This document shows positions 48,030-56,242 of a DNA stretch of 64,000 nt, one piece after another. Within the stretch, counting starts at the first letter, position 1, and each line of letters starts with the position of its first letter. Source of the stretch: an uncultured Nitrosomonas sp. (GTDB lineage: Bacteria > Pseudomonadota > Gammaproteobacteria > Burkholderiales > Nitrosomonadaceae); NCBI GenBank assembly GCA_964554625.1, contig CAZKPL010000001.1, positions 10,876-74,875 of the forward strand. The letters are read 5' to 3'. Made by a program: the position numbers and the translations under genes. The notes beneath the pieces were generated by a model. It made no database searches. It was given only the letters and a program-made list of their open reading frames with translations, and was not told the origin of the DNA.

Positions 48030-48527
48030 ATGGTATTCATCAAATGGTTACTCATCATTGCCTTATTCATTGTCATTGCAATCGTGCTAGCAGTTCTCGC
48101 AGGTCAGCTTGGTATGCTCAAAGGAGCGGCTCCAACCGATCTGGGCGTACAGGAGGGCAAGCTTAAACCACCTGCCATGACACCTAACAGTGTGTCCAGT
48201 CAGGCTACACTTTATCCGGATCATCCACAGCTTAATTACGCCAACATCGAACCATTGCCACTCATCGGAGATGCCGTCACAACCATGGCGCGCATACGCA
48301 GCATCATCGAAGGCATGGAGGGAGCAGAAGTCATCACAAGCGATGAGCATTACCTCTATGTTCAATTTACGACCAGAATCATGAAATTTGTAGATGATGC
48401 AGAATTCTGGCTTGATCCGGTTGCCCATGTCATTCAGGTACGCTCAGCTTCCCGCCTGGGAAAAAGTGATTTAGGCATGAATCGCAAACGGATTGAAGCA
48501 ATACGTGCGCAGCTCGAATCTTCTTGA
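48030..48527 (+). CDS. DUF1499-family membrane-anchored protein
   Basis: 165 aa. N-terminal TM, PNSVSSQA, and a SRLGKSDLGMNRKRIEAIR pattern that I associate with DUF1499. Confidence 0.65.
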   Translation: MVFIKWLLIIALFIVIAIVLAVLAGQLGMLKGAAPTDLGVQEGKLKPPAMTPNSVSSQATLYPDHPQLNYANIEPLPLIGDAVTTMARIRSIIEGMEGAEVITSDEHYLYVQFTTRIMKFVDDAEFWLDPVAHVIQVRSASRLGKSDLGMNRKRIEAIRAQLESS

Positions 48528-48536
48528 TTCCGGAAC

Positions 48537-50954
48537 ATGATTGTTGAAATGATACGCCGATTTAATCTGATTCGCTGGTTTTTGCTCGCGCTGCCTGTCC
48601 TGGCGCTATTGCTGACAGGCGCTTCCTGGCTGCTGTTACAAGGCAGTTTGCCAAAATATGATGGAGAAGCACCTGTTTCCGGCCTGTCCACATCGGTAAC
48701 CGTTGAGCGCGATGCGCTGGGAAGTGTAACTGTATGCGCGCAGGATCGTTTGGATCTCGCCAGAGCATTAGGCTATGTCCATGCTCAAGAGCGTTTTTTT
48801 GAAATGGATCTCATGCGACGCAGCGCTGCAGGAGAACTCGCTGAGCTATTTGGCGCAGCCGCGCTACCCGTAGATCGAAAAGCGCGGGGACACCGGATGC
48901 GCGCCCGTGCTACAGCAATGCTAGCTGATCTGCCTGAAGTCCAGCGCCGTTTGGTCAATGCTTATCGTGATGGCGTAAACGAAGGACTGACTGCGCTCAT
49001 CGTGCGCCCATTTCCTTACCTGCTGACGCGCACCCAACCGCATGCCTGGCGTAGCGAAGACAGTCTACTGGTGATTCTGTCAATGTATTTTACTTTGCAA
49101 GAACCCAGCATCCAGCGTGAGCTGCAACTTTCCACGCTACGCGCCGGATTGCCCGAATCTGCCTACCAATTCTTGGCTGCAAGCGGAGGTGAATGGGATA
49201 CGCCGCTGGTGGGCACATCTTTTCAATGGCCACAGCCCCCTTCCAGTGAAGAACTCGATTTGCGCAAACCCGATCCTGAACGGAAATACAACGTACGAAA
49301 TCACAGAAATAATCAGCATGATGAAGCGCCGGGTAGCAACAGTTTTGCAGTAGCTGGTTCACTGGCCGCGGGTGCTGCGTTGGTAGCCAATGATATGCAT
49401 CTCCCGTTACGGACACCCAGTTTGTGGTTCCGTACGCGACTCATTTATCCTCACCCTCACCGCCCTGAGCGGACTATTGATACGAATGGGGTAAGTTTGC
49501 CTGGCGTACCTGCGATTGTCGTAGGCTCCAATCGTCATATTGCCTGGAGCTTTACCAACAGCTATGGCGACATGGCTGACTGGGTGCGGATAAGGGTTGA
49601 TCCGGCAGATTCATCACGTTATCGGAGCGCAGAAGGCTGGAAAGCCGTCACAGTCCACCGTGAAATACTGCATGTGCGTGACGCAGTGGACGAAATACTC
49701 GAAGTTCGTGAAACCGAATGGGGACCCATACTGGCAAGCGATCATGATGGCACACTCTTGGCACTAGTCTGGGCTGCCCACCAGGCTAATTCAATCAATC
49801 TGGATCTTATCAACCTTGAGCAGGTGGAAACAGTAGATAACGCCATTATTGTTGCCCAGAATGCGGGTATTCCCGCACAAAATTTTATTGTCGGAGATCG
49901 CGACGGCAACATTGCCTGGACGATCGCCGGCCGCATCCCACTGCGCAGCGGCCAATACAATCCAGGTGGACCGGCAGACTGGAGTGAAGGAAATAACGGT
50001 TGGCACGGCTGGCTGGAATCAGCAAAATACCCATTGATCAGCAATCCACAAGGGCAGCGTCTGTGGAATGGCAATGCACGGGCAGTCGATGGCGCCATGC
50101 TTGAACATCTTGGCGATGGCGGCTATGAGCTTGGTGCCCGTACCCGGCAAATCCGGGACAGCCTCCAGAAAAGTGAGTATTTCATACCCGATGATTTATT
50201 CTCGATTCAGTTAGACGACCGTGCCTTGTTTCTTTCTCGCTGGCGGCAATTGCTTGAACGGACGTTGAATCTGGTGCCTGCTTCTGCCTGGGGCACAGAA
50301 ATGCAAACAGCGCTGCGTGATTGGGATGGCCATGCTTCCATTAGCTCTGTCGCCTACCGTATCGTGCGCACGTTTCGGCAGGAGGTCATTGACAGTGTCC
50401 TGGATAATTTTGCTGCTGAAGTAAGACGCCGCTATCCGAATTTCTTATTACCCAGGCTAGCCCAGAGCGAACATGCCGTGTGGATGTTGCTTGAGCAACG
50501 CCCACTGCATCTGTTGCCGCCGGAGTATACCGATTGGAATCAACTGCTCGTAACCTGCGCACAACGTATCGCCGAACGCATGCAGACTCAGCCAGGAGGA
50601 ATGATAGCGCGTACCTGGGGTGAGCAGAATACAGCGGCTATTCAGCATCCACTGAGTCGCGCGCTGCCAGGGTTTATCGCTCAGTGGCTGGATATGCCGC
50701 ATGATCCGCTGCCAGGCGATAGTTATATGCCACGCATCCAGTCGCCCAATTTTGGCGCCTCACAGCGTTTCGTAGTTGCACCGGGCGATGAAGAGCAAGG
50801 CTATTTTTCGATGCCTGGGGGACAAAGCGGCCATCCGCTTTCACCCTACTATGGCAGTGGCCATGCTGACTGGGTGGCTGGCAAAGCAACGGCGTTCCTG
50901 CCAGGACCACCTGAACATATACTTTCTCTGCTTCCACTCAGAAGCAGTCAGTGA
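48537..50954 (+). CDS. Penicillin acylase-family Ntn hydrolase (possible acyl-homoserine-lactone acylase)
   Basis: 805 aa. N-terminal anchor/signal, GYVHAQERFFEMD alpha-subunit motif, autoprocessing/nucleophile site PGSNSFAV, and a conserved C-terminal GQSGHPLSPYY. Confidence 0.88.
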   Translation: MIVEMIRRFNLIRWFLLALPVLALLLTGASWLLLQGSLPKYDGEAPVSGLSTSVTVERDALGSVTVCAQDRLDLARALGYVHAQERFFEMDLMRRSAAGELAELFGAAALPVDRKARGHRMRARATAMLADLPEVQRRLVNAYRDGVNEGLTALIVRPFPYLLTRTQPHAWRSEDSLLVILSMYFTLQEPSIQRELQLSTLRAGLPESAYQFLAASGGEWDTPLVGTSFQWPQPPSSEELDLRKPDPERKYNVRNHRNNQHDEAPGSNSFAVAGSLAAGAALVANDMHLPLRTPSLWFRTRLIYPHPHRPERTIDTNGVSLPGVPAIVVGSNRHIAWSFTNSYGDMADWVRIRVDPADSSRYRSAEGWKAVTVHREILHVRDAVDEILEVRETEWGPILASDHDGTLLALVWAAHQANSINLDLINLEQVETVDNAIIVAQNAGIPAQNFIVGDRDGNIAWTIAGRIPLRSGQYNPGGPADWSEGNNGWHGWLESAKYPLISNPQGQRLWNGNARAVDGAMLEHLGDGGYELGARTRQIRDSLQKSEYFIPDDLFSIQLDDRALFLSRWRQLLERTLNLVPASAWGTEMQTALRDWDGHASISSVAYRIVRTFRQEVIDSVLDNFAAEVRRRYPNFLLPRLAQSEHAVWMLLEQRPLHLLPPEYTDWNQLLVTCAQRIAERMQTQPGGMIARTWGEQNTAAIQHPLSRALPGFIAQWLDMPHDPLPGDSYMPRIQSPNFGASQRFVVAPGDEEQGYFSMPGGQSGHPLSPYYGSGHADWVAGKATAFLPGPPEHILSLLPLRSSQ

Positions 50955-50999
50955 CCGATTTATTGTCCATATTGATTATCAAGCTTAAAGGAGACTTTG

Positions 51000-51476
51000 A
51001 TGAAAAAGATTTATGTGCTTGTAATGTGTTTAATCGCGGCCCCAGTCCTGGCCACGGATATTGATGAACGTAAAGTGCTCTCGCTTAATGAAATGCAACG
51101 CCATCACATCCTGACCGAAATGAACGCATTGCTGCTCGGCACGCAGCAGATCCTTCAGGCGCTCTCTGAAGAAGATATGATGGCGGTCGCTCGCCATGCG
51201 CGTATGCTCGGCATGGAGATGGCGCACACTGGAGAAAATCATTTACGATCCGTATTACCGGAAGATTTCATGCAGCTTGGCATGTCGGTGCACAAAAGCT
51301 TTGACCAGATTGCAGCCGATGCTGAGAATCTGAAGGACCCCAAGCATACCTTGAGTCAGCTGAGCGCCACTCTGCAACGCTGTGTCGCCTGCCATGCTGC
51401 CTATCAGATCCGGACGACCAATCTCCCTCTCCCTGGTGAAACAGAAACTCACCCTATCCATCACATGCATCATTGA
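51000..51476 (+). CDS. Class II (four-helix-bundle type) c-type cytochrome with a His-rich C-terminal tail
   Basis: Signal peptide MKKIYVLVMCLIAAPVLA. Single CVACH haem motif near the C-terminus, as in cytochrome c-prime/c556. Tail THPIHHMHH. AAGGAG lies 6 nt before the ATG at 51000. Confidence 0.7.
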   Translation: MKKIYVLVMCLIAAPVLATDIDERKVLSLNEMQRHHILTEMNALLLGTQQILQALSEEDMMAVARHARMLGMEMAHTGENHLRSVLPEDFMQLGMSVHKSFDQIAADAENLKDPKHTLSQLSATLQRCVACHAAYQIRTTNLPLPGETETHPIHHMHH

Positions 51477-51978
51477 TAAAAAATTTTCCATGAGCGTTTT
51501 CCGTAAACACTTCGGATAACATGACAACTGATTCTGGCAAAGAAGCGTTCCCTGGCCAAGTCAGCTTCCCTGAAGCATGGTCATTCTGGCTCAAACCTGG
51601 CTGGATCAGTGAAAAACGTTTTTTGTATGCGCTGCTGAGCTGAAACGAAGAGTCCGCACGATTCGCGCTGGAAACTCTTGCAGCCATGACATAGTTTTTG
51701 CAAGGCATTAAGAAATCTGTCATAAAAAAAGGAAAGCAGGCAGTGCTATGCTAAGTTCAATGCCATGAAATTGGGATAAATTTGCATACTGCCCAAAGAG
51801 GCCTTAAGTAGGATGAATAAAGCCGATATATGACGCATTTCTACCCTTTATATTGCTTAAGAAATCATGTAGCATCACGGAGTTGTCGCAGATTTCTTAG
51901 AGATGGACTTGAATGGGCAACAATTTATGCTGGAAATTTCAGGTTTTGTCTTAATCAAATAACAGTAAGGAGATGAAA

Positions 51979-52266
51979 ATGAATAAAAAAATGAAGTGTG
52001 TATTTACTGTCGCAGCATTGGGCGCTGCTGTTGCATTATCTGGTTGCGCAACGACAGGACAATTAGAGGAAGTGAAGGCACAACTCAATGCTGTTCAAGC
52101 AGATGCAAATGCTGCCAAGTCAGAAGCTGGTGCAGCCAGAACGACTGCGAATGAAGCAAAAGATATTGCAAACAGAGCACTCAATACTGCCAATGAGGCC
52201 AATGCACGCTCAATCGAAACTGAAACAAAAATTGACCGTATGTTCAAACGATCCATGTATAAATAA
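51979..52266 (+). CDS. Lpp/OprI-like alpha-helical outer-membrane lipoprotein with C-terminal Lys
   Basis: Lipobox VALSGC. Ala/Asn/Glu-rich helical repeats (AAKSEAGAARTTANEAKDIANRALNTANEANARS). Ends SMYK. RBS spacing favours ATG 51979 over 51973. Confidence 0.8.
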   Translation: MNKKMKCVFTVAALGAAVALSGCATTGQLEEVKAQLNAVQADANAAKSEAGAARTTANEAKDIANRALNTANEANARSIETETKIDRMFKRSMYK

Positions 52267-52282
52267 ACTGTGCAGATAAAAT

Positions 52283-52312
52283 AAAAAAAAGCCCCGTTTG
52301 GGGCTTTTTTTA
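52283..52312. terminator. Bidirectional rho-independent terminator
   Basis: A-tract, AGCCCC-GTTT-GGGGCT stem-loop, T-tract. It lies between convergent genes. Confidence 0.9.
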
Positions 52313-52319
52313 TTGCTTA

Positions 52320-53276
52320 TTATTTTGAAATCAAGACAGGAACACCGTTCTTCTCAAACACCGCCAGTTCAAGAGCCGATTCATCAATGATGATATCCTC
52401 TCTGGCGTGATTTGTTTTTCTGCCATTGGCACTCTTCTCAAGGAAGCTGGCGATCGATTCACGCACTTTCTGCATATAATCAGCATACTCATTCTCATTT
52501 TCTTCCAGTGGCGGGTGCAATTCTATAAACAAGGAATCAGCTAACCAGCCAAGTTTTATGGGTTGATTGACTAGCTGAACGGATGTTCCGACAGCTACCT
52601 GATCAAACAATTTCTCGATTTCTTCAGGGTACATGCGCAAGCATCCATGTGTCACGCGCATACCTATGCCAAATGGCTTGTCAGTGCCATGGATCAAATA
52701 ACCCGTCGTACCCAGATATAAAGCATGGCGGCCTAATGGGTTATTCGGGCCGGGCGGGACGATATCCGGTAGCGGTGGATTACCTGCTGCGATAGCCTCA
52801 TTCTTAAGTGATTGAGGCGGTATCCAGGTAGGATCCTTTTGCTTTCTAATGACGGTTGTTCTTCCTAGCGGCGTGCGCCAGTCCATTCTTCCTATGCTGA
52901 TAGGATAAGTAATGACAACCGGTTTCTTCCCTTTTTCCGGTTTAGGAAAATAGTAAAGCCGCATTTCAGGTAGATTAATTACTAAACCAGTCCGCTCAGC
53001 CTGCGGAAAAATGTGTCGAGACGGTATGACAACTGGAGCGCCATCAGGAGGAAGCCAGCGATCCACCAAGGGATTAGCCAGCAATATTGCGTCCTGTCCG
53101 ATACCGTACCTTCGTGCAATATCAAGAAGAGTCTCCTCACGGCTCGCTGCTACCACTTCTATTTGGCCAAAAATATCAATATCCGATGGAGGCAATATCC
53201 AAGTCGTGGCCTGCGCCAATGTCGCTGTTAATAAGGTATAAAATAATATAGCAAGGCTACGCATAACCAGGCTCAC
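52320..53276 (-). CDS. LysM-domain L,D-transpeptidase (YkuD/ErfK-YbiS-YcfS family)
   Basis: 318 aa. Signal peptide, LysM (ETLLDIARRYGIGQDAILLANP), and YkuD active site HGTDKPFGIGMRVTHGCLRM. Confidence 0.9.
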   Translation of the reverse strand: MSLVMRSLAILFYTLLTATLAQATTWILPPSDIDIFGQIEVVAASREETLLDIARRYGIGQDAILLANPLVDRWLPPDGAPVVIPSRHIFPQAERTGLVINLPEMRLYYFPKPEKGKKPVVITYPISIGRMDWRTPLGRTTVIRKQKDPTWIPPQSLKNEAIAAGNPPLPDIVPPGPNNPLGRHALYLGTTGYLIHGTDKPFGIGMRVTHGCLRMYPEEIEKLFDQVAVGTSVQLVNQPIKLGWLADSLFIELHPPLEENENEYADYMQKVRESIASFLEKSANGRKTNHAREDIIIDESALELAVFEKNGVPVLISK

Positions 53277-53359
53277 ATAAAGTAAATATACTCATCTCCG
53301 TAGCCGTACAAGGAAAGGTTTGAAAATGACTAAGAGTTCAACTATAGCAAATACTGAAT

Positions 53360-53393
53360 AAAGCATCCCCGCAGCAAGCTGCGGGGATGCTTT
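53360..53393 (-). terminator. Long perfect hairpin terminator downstream of the P460-family gene
   Basis: AAAGCATCCCCGCAGC-AA-GCTGCGGGGATGCTTT, a 16 bp stem with U-rich flanks on both strands. Confidence 0.8.
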
Positions 53394-53489
53394 ATTTATC
53401 TAAAACCAGATAATTAAACAGGCTGCAAGTCTTGAAAAACTTACAACCTGCTCATATGAATCACCAACAATATTATTTTATGTTAACTG

Positions 53490-54014
53490 TTAATGATTCT
53501 TTGAAAAATCGATCAATTTCTGGAAGCTAAATAAATAATCCTGATCCTTCAATGGCGTATGACATTGAACACAGTTCAGATCGTTGCTTTTGGGCGTGCC
53601 ATCCGGATTATACACGGCAAATCCCCAGTCACCTGTGCGATTGCCCTGAGAAAAAGCTTCATCCCAGTCACTTCTTTTTTCCATCACTGCAACTGCTGCC
53701 AGTTTCTCAATTTCGAAAAGGCCTTCTTTACCTGAGATGATCTTGCCATCCGCATCTTTTTTAGGTTCATATATTTCCATGATCACCACAGCCCCAGGCT
53801 CCGCTTCCTTGCCTTTTTTATAACTCTCGATGGCTATCTTATTCGCATAGAATTTTGCTAACTGTGTCTGATTAGCTCGGTTGGCAGTATCGTATTTCGT
53901 AAAGATCTGCTGATAGCTCTCAGGAAGCTTGACAAAATCAGGATCACCTCCGCCATGGGCATAAAAAGGTAAAAGTGCGCAAACCAGGGTAATGAGTTTA
54001 AATGGGTGCTTCAT
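53490..54014 (-). CDS. Cytochrome P460 / c-prime-beta family haem protein
   Basis: The ORF extends to 54083, but AGGAGA-N5-ATG supports a start at 54014 (MKHPFKLITLVCALLPFYAHG signal peptide). GDWGFAVYNPDG followed by CVQCH and DYLFS, as in the P460 family. Confidence 0.75.
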   Translation of the reverse strand: MKHPFKLITLVCALLPFYAHGGGDPDFVKLPESYQQIFTKYDTANRANQTQLAKFYANKIAIESYKKGKEAEPGAVVIMEIYEPKKDADGKIISGKEGLFEIEKLAAVAVMEKRSDWDEAFSQGNRTGDWGFAVYNPDGTPKSNDLNCVQCHTPLKDQDYLFSFQKLIDFSKNH

Positions 54015-54225
54015 TTTCTCTCCTTGCTTGTAATATTTTGTGGTTAAGGGATTCCCAGGAAAAATCACTCCTTCAATAACCATGCCAAGTAACCGCTAAA
54101 GGATCATTTTCCAGTTTTTTGTACAACTTAAGACAACATTATATGCACAATAGCAGGCAGTGGGAAACCTTGTATCACGCATTCACGATGGAAACATATA
54201 CACCCAAAAAACCGGATCGTTCCGA

Positions 54226-54993
54226 TTAGCCGATTTTCTTTAGCTCCATCTGGGCTTGCCGGTAATTCGGATAAATGCGCTCGACTACTTTCCAAAATGC
54301 AGAAGAATGATTCATCTCAATAAGGTGAGATAATTCATGGGCTATTACATAATCTACCAGAGAGATTGGCAACTGAATCAACCGCCAGTTGAGGCATACT
54401 GTCCCGTGTGAACTACAGCTTCCCCACCGGGTTCGCGCACTGGACAATCTCAGTCTTGGTAATGGCACACCCAGTTTATCTGCATAAAGCGCCATTCGCT
54501 CACTCATATGCGCCATCGCCTGTTTACGATACCAGGCCATCACGAATTTCTCGATTTGACAGGAAGTGAATACGGCCAAAGAAGAAGGTATTCCCTGGAC
54601 TTGGTCTGCTTTATTGTCTTGCGACACCATTTGCAGTTTATCTGATCCCGTCAACGCCAATCGATAGGGATCACCCAACAACCAGAAAGTGCTATCCGGG
54701 CACCACTGAGGCTGGATGATTCTTTTCTCTTTCCAGGCATCCAGATTTCCGATAACCCACCCTGCCTTACTGTGTAATACTCGTTCAATACTGCTGAGCG
54801 TCGCATGCAAAGGTACACTGACAGTTAAACCATCTCGGTTAATTCTCAAACCAACCGTTTTGCGGTCACGACGGATAAGCGTATAAGCGATTACTCTGTC
54901 GGCAAGCTTGACGCTGTGTGCCTCATTTTTCTGTATCTTTGAGCGGCTCGTTGAGAATCGAAACACATTGTCCATCAGACCCTTCTTTTTCAA
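54226..54993 (-). CDS. YgjP-like M48-family metal-dependent hydrolase (DUF45)
   Basis: 255 aa. TRWGSCS and HELSHLIEMNHS zinc motif. Start uncertain: it overlaps the plsC 3-prime end by 53-71 nt. Confidence 0.8.
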   Translation of the reverse strand: MKKKGLMDNVFRFSTSRSKIQKNEAHSVKLADRVIAYTLIRRDRKTVGLRINRDGLTVSVPLHATLSSIERVLHSKAGWVIGNLDAWKEKRIIQPQWCPDSTFWLLGDPYRLALTGSDKLQMVSQDNKADQVQGIPSSLAVFTSCQIEKFVMAWYRKQAMAHMSERMALYADKLGVPLPRLRLSSARTRWGSCSSHGTVCLNWRLIQLPISLVDYVIAHELSHLIEMNHSSAFWKVVERIYPNYRQAQMELKKIG

Positions 54994-55705
54994 AACAACT
55001 GATACGCGAGACTTCGGCTTCGATCCAGGCTTTTACACGTTCGTTAAGCGCTTCGGGCTCCATGCCGGTTGGATCAATTGGCTTGCCAATGCTTACTGTG
55101 ATCGTTCCGGGATATTTGATAAACGAATTTTTACCCCAAAACTCTCCAGCATTGTGCGCAACCGGTACCACCAGTGCGCCGGTATGGGTAGCAAGCCATG
55201 CGCCACCTATTTTGTATTTCCCTGTCTTGCCTGGAGGAATGCGTGTTCCTTCCGGGAAAACAACTATCCAGAAATTCTGCTCCAATCTCTCTCTTCCCTG
55301 CTCGACGATCTGCTGTAATGCCGCTTTACCTGAGCTGCGGTCAATTGCGATCGGATTGGTCATAGCGAGTCCCCAGCCAAAAAATGGAATCCGCAACAAC
55401 TCTTTTTTAAGCACCCATACCTGAGGCGGAAAAATTTGCTGTAATGCCAAGGTTTCCCATGCTGACTGATGCTTCGATAGGACAATACTGGGCCGATCAG
55501 GAATATTCTCAGTACCAATTACGCGATAATGCAGTCCACAAATGACCTTCAGCAGAAACAGCATAAGGCGGGTCCAACCATAGGTAACCTTGTAACGATG
55601 ATGGGGCGAAAGCGGAAAGCAGAAAAGCGTGATTAATGCGTAGGGTGGGGTGATAATAATTTGTAATAATGTATAAATTATCGCACGCAACGCATTCAGT
55701 ATCAT
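54923..55705 (-). CDS. plsC: 1-acyl-sn-glycerol-3-phosphate acyltransferase
   Basis: 260 aa. N-terminal TM, acyltransferase block I SKHQSAWET, and block III FPEGTR. Confidence 0.88.
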   Translation of the reverse strand: MILNALRAIIYTLLQIIITPPYALITLFCFPLSPHHRYKVTYGWTRLMLFLLKVICGLHYRVIGTENIPDRPSIVLSKHQSAWETLALQQIFPPQVWVLKKELLRIPFFGWGLAMTNPIAIDRSSGKAALQQIVEQGRERLEQNFWIVVFPEGTRIPPGKTGKYKIGGAWLATHTGALVVPVAHNAGEFWGKNSFIKYPGTITVSIGKPIDPTGMEPEALNERVKAWIEAEVSRISCFEKEGSDGQCVSILNEPLKDTEK

Positions 55706-56241
55706 ATCCGCTTCACCAATGTATCAACGACAGACGCCAAATCAGCAAAAATTTGCGTACCTTCTGGCAAATCGCCATTTGCATGGGTTATTTCACCTTT
55801 CCCAGTCAACACTAAAATCGGAATAGCGCCGATAGCGATTGCTGCCTGTAAATCCCGCAATGAATCGCCAATAGCAGGTATCCCTTTGAGATTCGTACTA
55901 TAACGTTGCATAATTTCCTGGAACATGCCTGTTTCAGGTTTACGACAATGGCATTTATCCTGCTGTGTATGCGGACAGAAAAAAAGCGCATCAAGGCGTC
56001 CTCCGGCTTGATGAACTGCCTTGAACATCTTGTCATTGATGGCATTAAAAGTAGCCATATCGAGCAAGCCACGACCTATACCCGACTGATTGGTCGCAAC
56101 GATCACGCGATACCCTGCATGAGTAAGCCGCGAAATGGCTTCCAGGCTACCCGGTATGGGCATCCATTCATCAGGCGTTTTGATAAAGGTATGGCTGGTC
56201 TCATTGATCACACCATTGCTATCAAGGATGATCAGCTTCAT
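55702..56241 (-). CDS. gmhB: D-glycero-D-manno-heptose 1,7-bisphosphate phosphatase-like HAD protein
   Basis: 179 aa. VATNQSGIGRG, Zn-loop CPHTQQDKCHCRKP, and GDSLRD. Motif I reads LDSNGV instead of LDRDG. Confidence 0.8.
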   Translation of the reverse strand: MKLIILDSNGVINETSHTFIKTPDEWMPIPGSLEAISRLTHAGYRVIVATNQSGIGRGLLDMATFNAINDKMFKAVHQAGGRLDALFFCPHTQQDKCHCRKPETGMFQEIMQRYSTNLKGIPAIGDSLRDLQAAIAIGAIPILVLTGKGEITHANGDLPEGTQIFADLASVVDTLVKRI

Positions 56242-56242
56242 C

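Noticed and set aside
51521-51643. 40-codon ORF (MTTDSGKEAFPGQVSFPEAWSFWLKPGWISEKRFLYALLS) in the 496-nt spacer between the cytochrome and lipoprotein genes. It may be the 5-prime remnant of a lost gene.
   Set aside because: I could recognise no family signature, there is no RBS, and the frame terminates abruptly. It cannot be supported without a database search.
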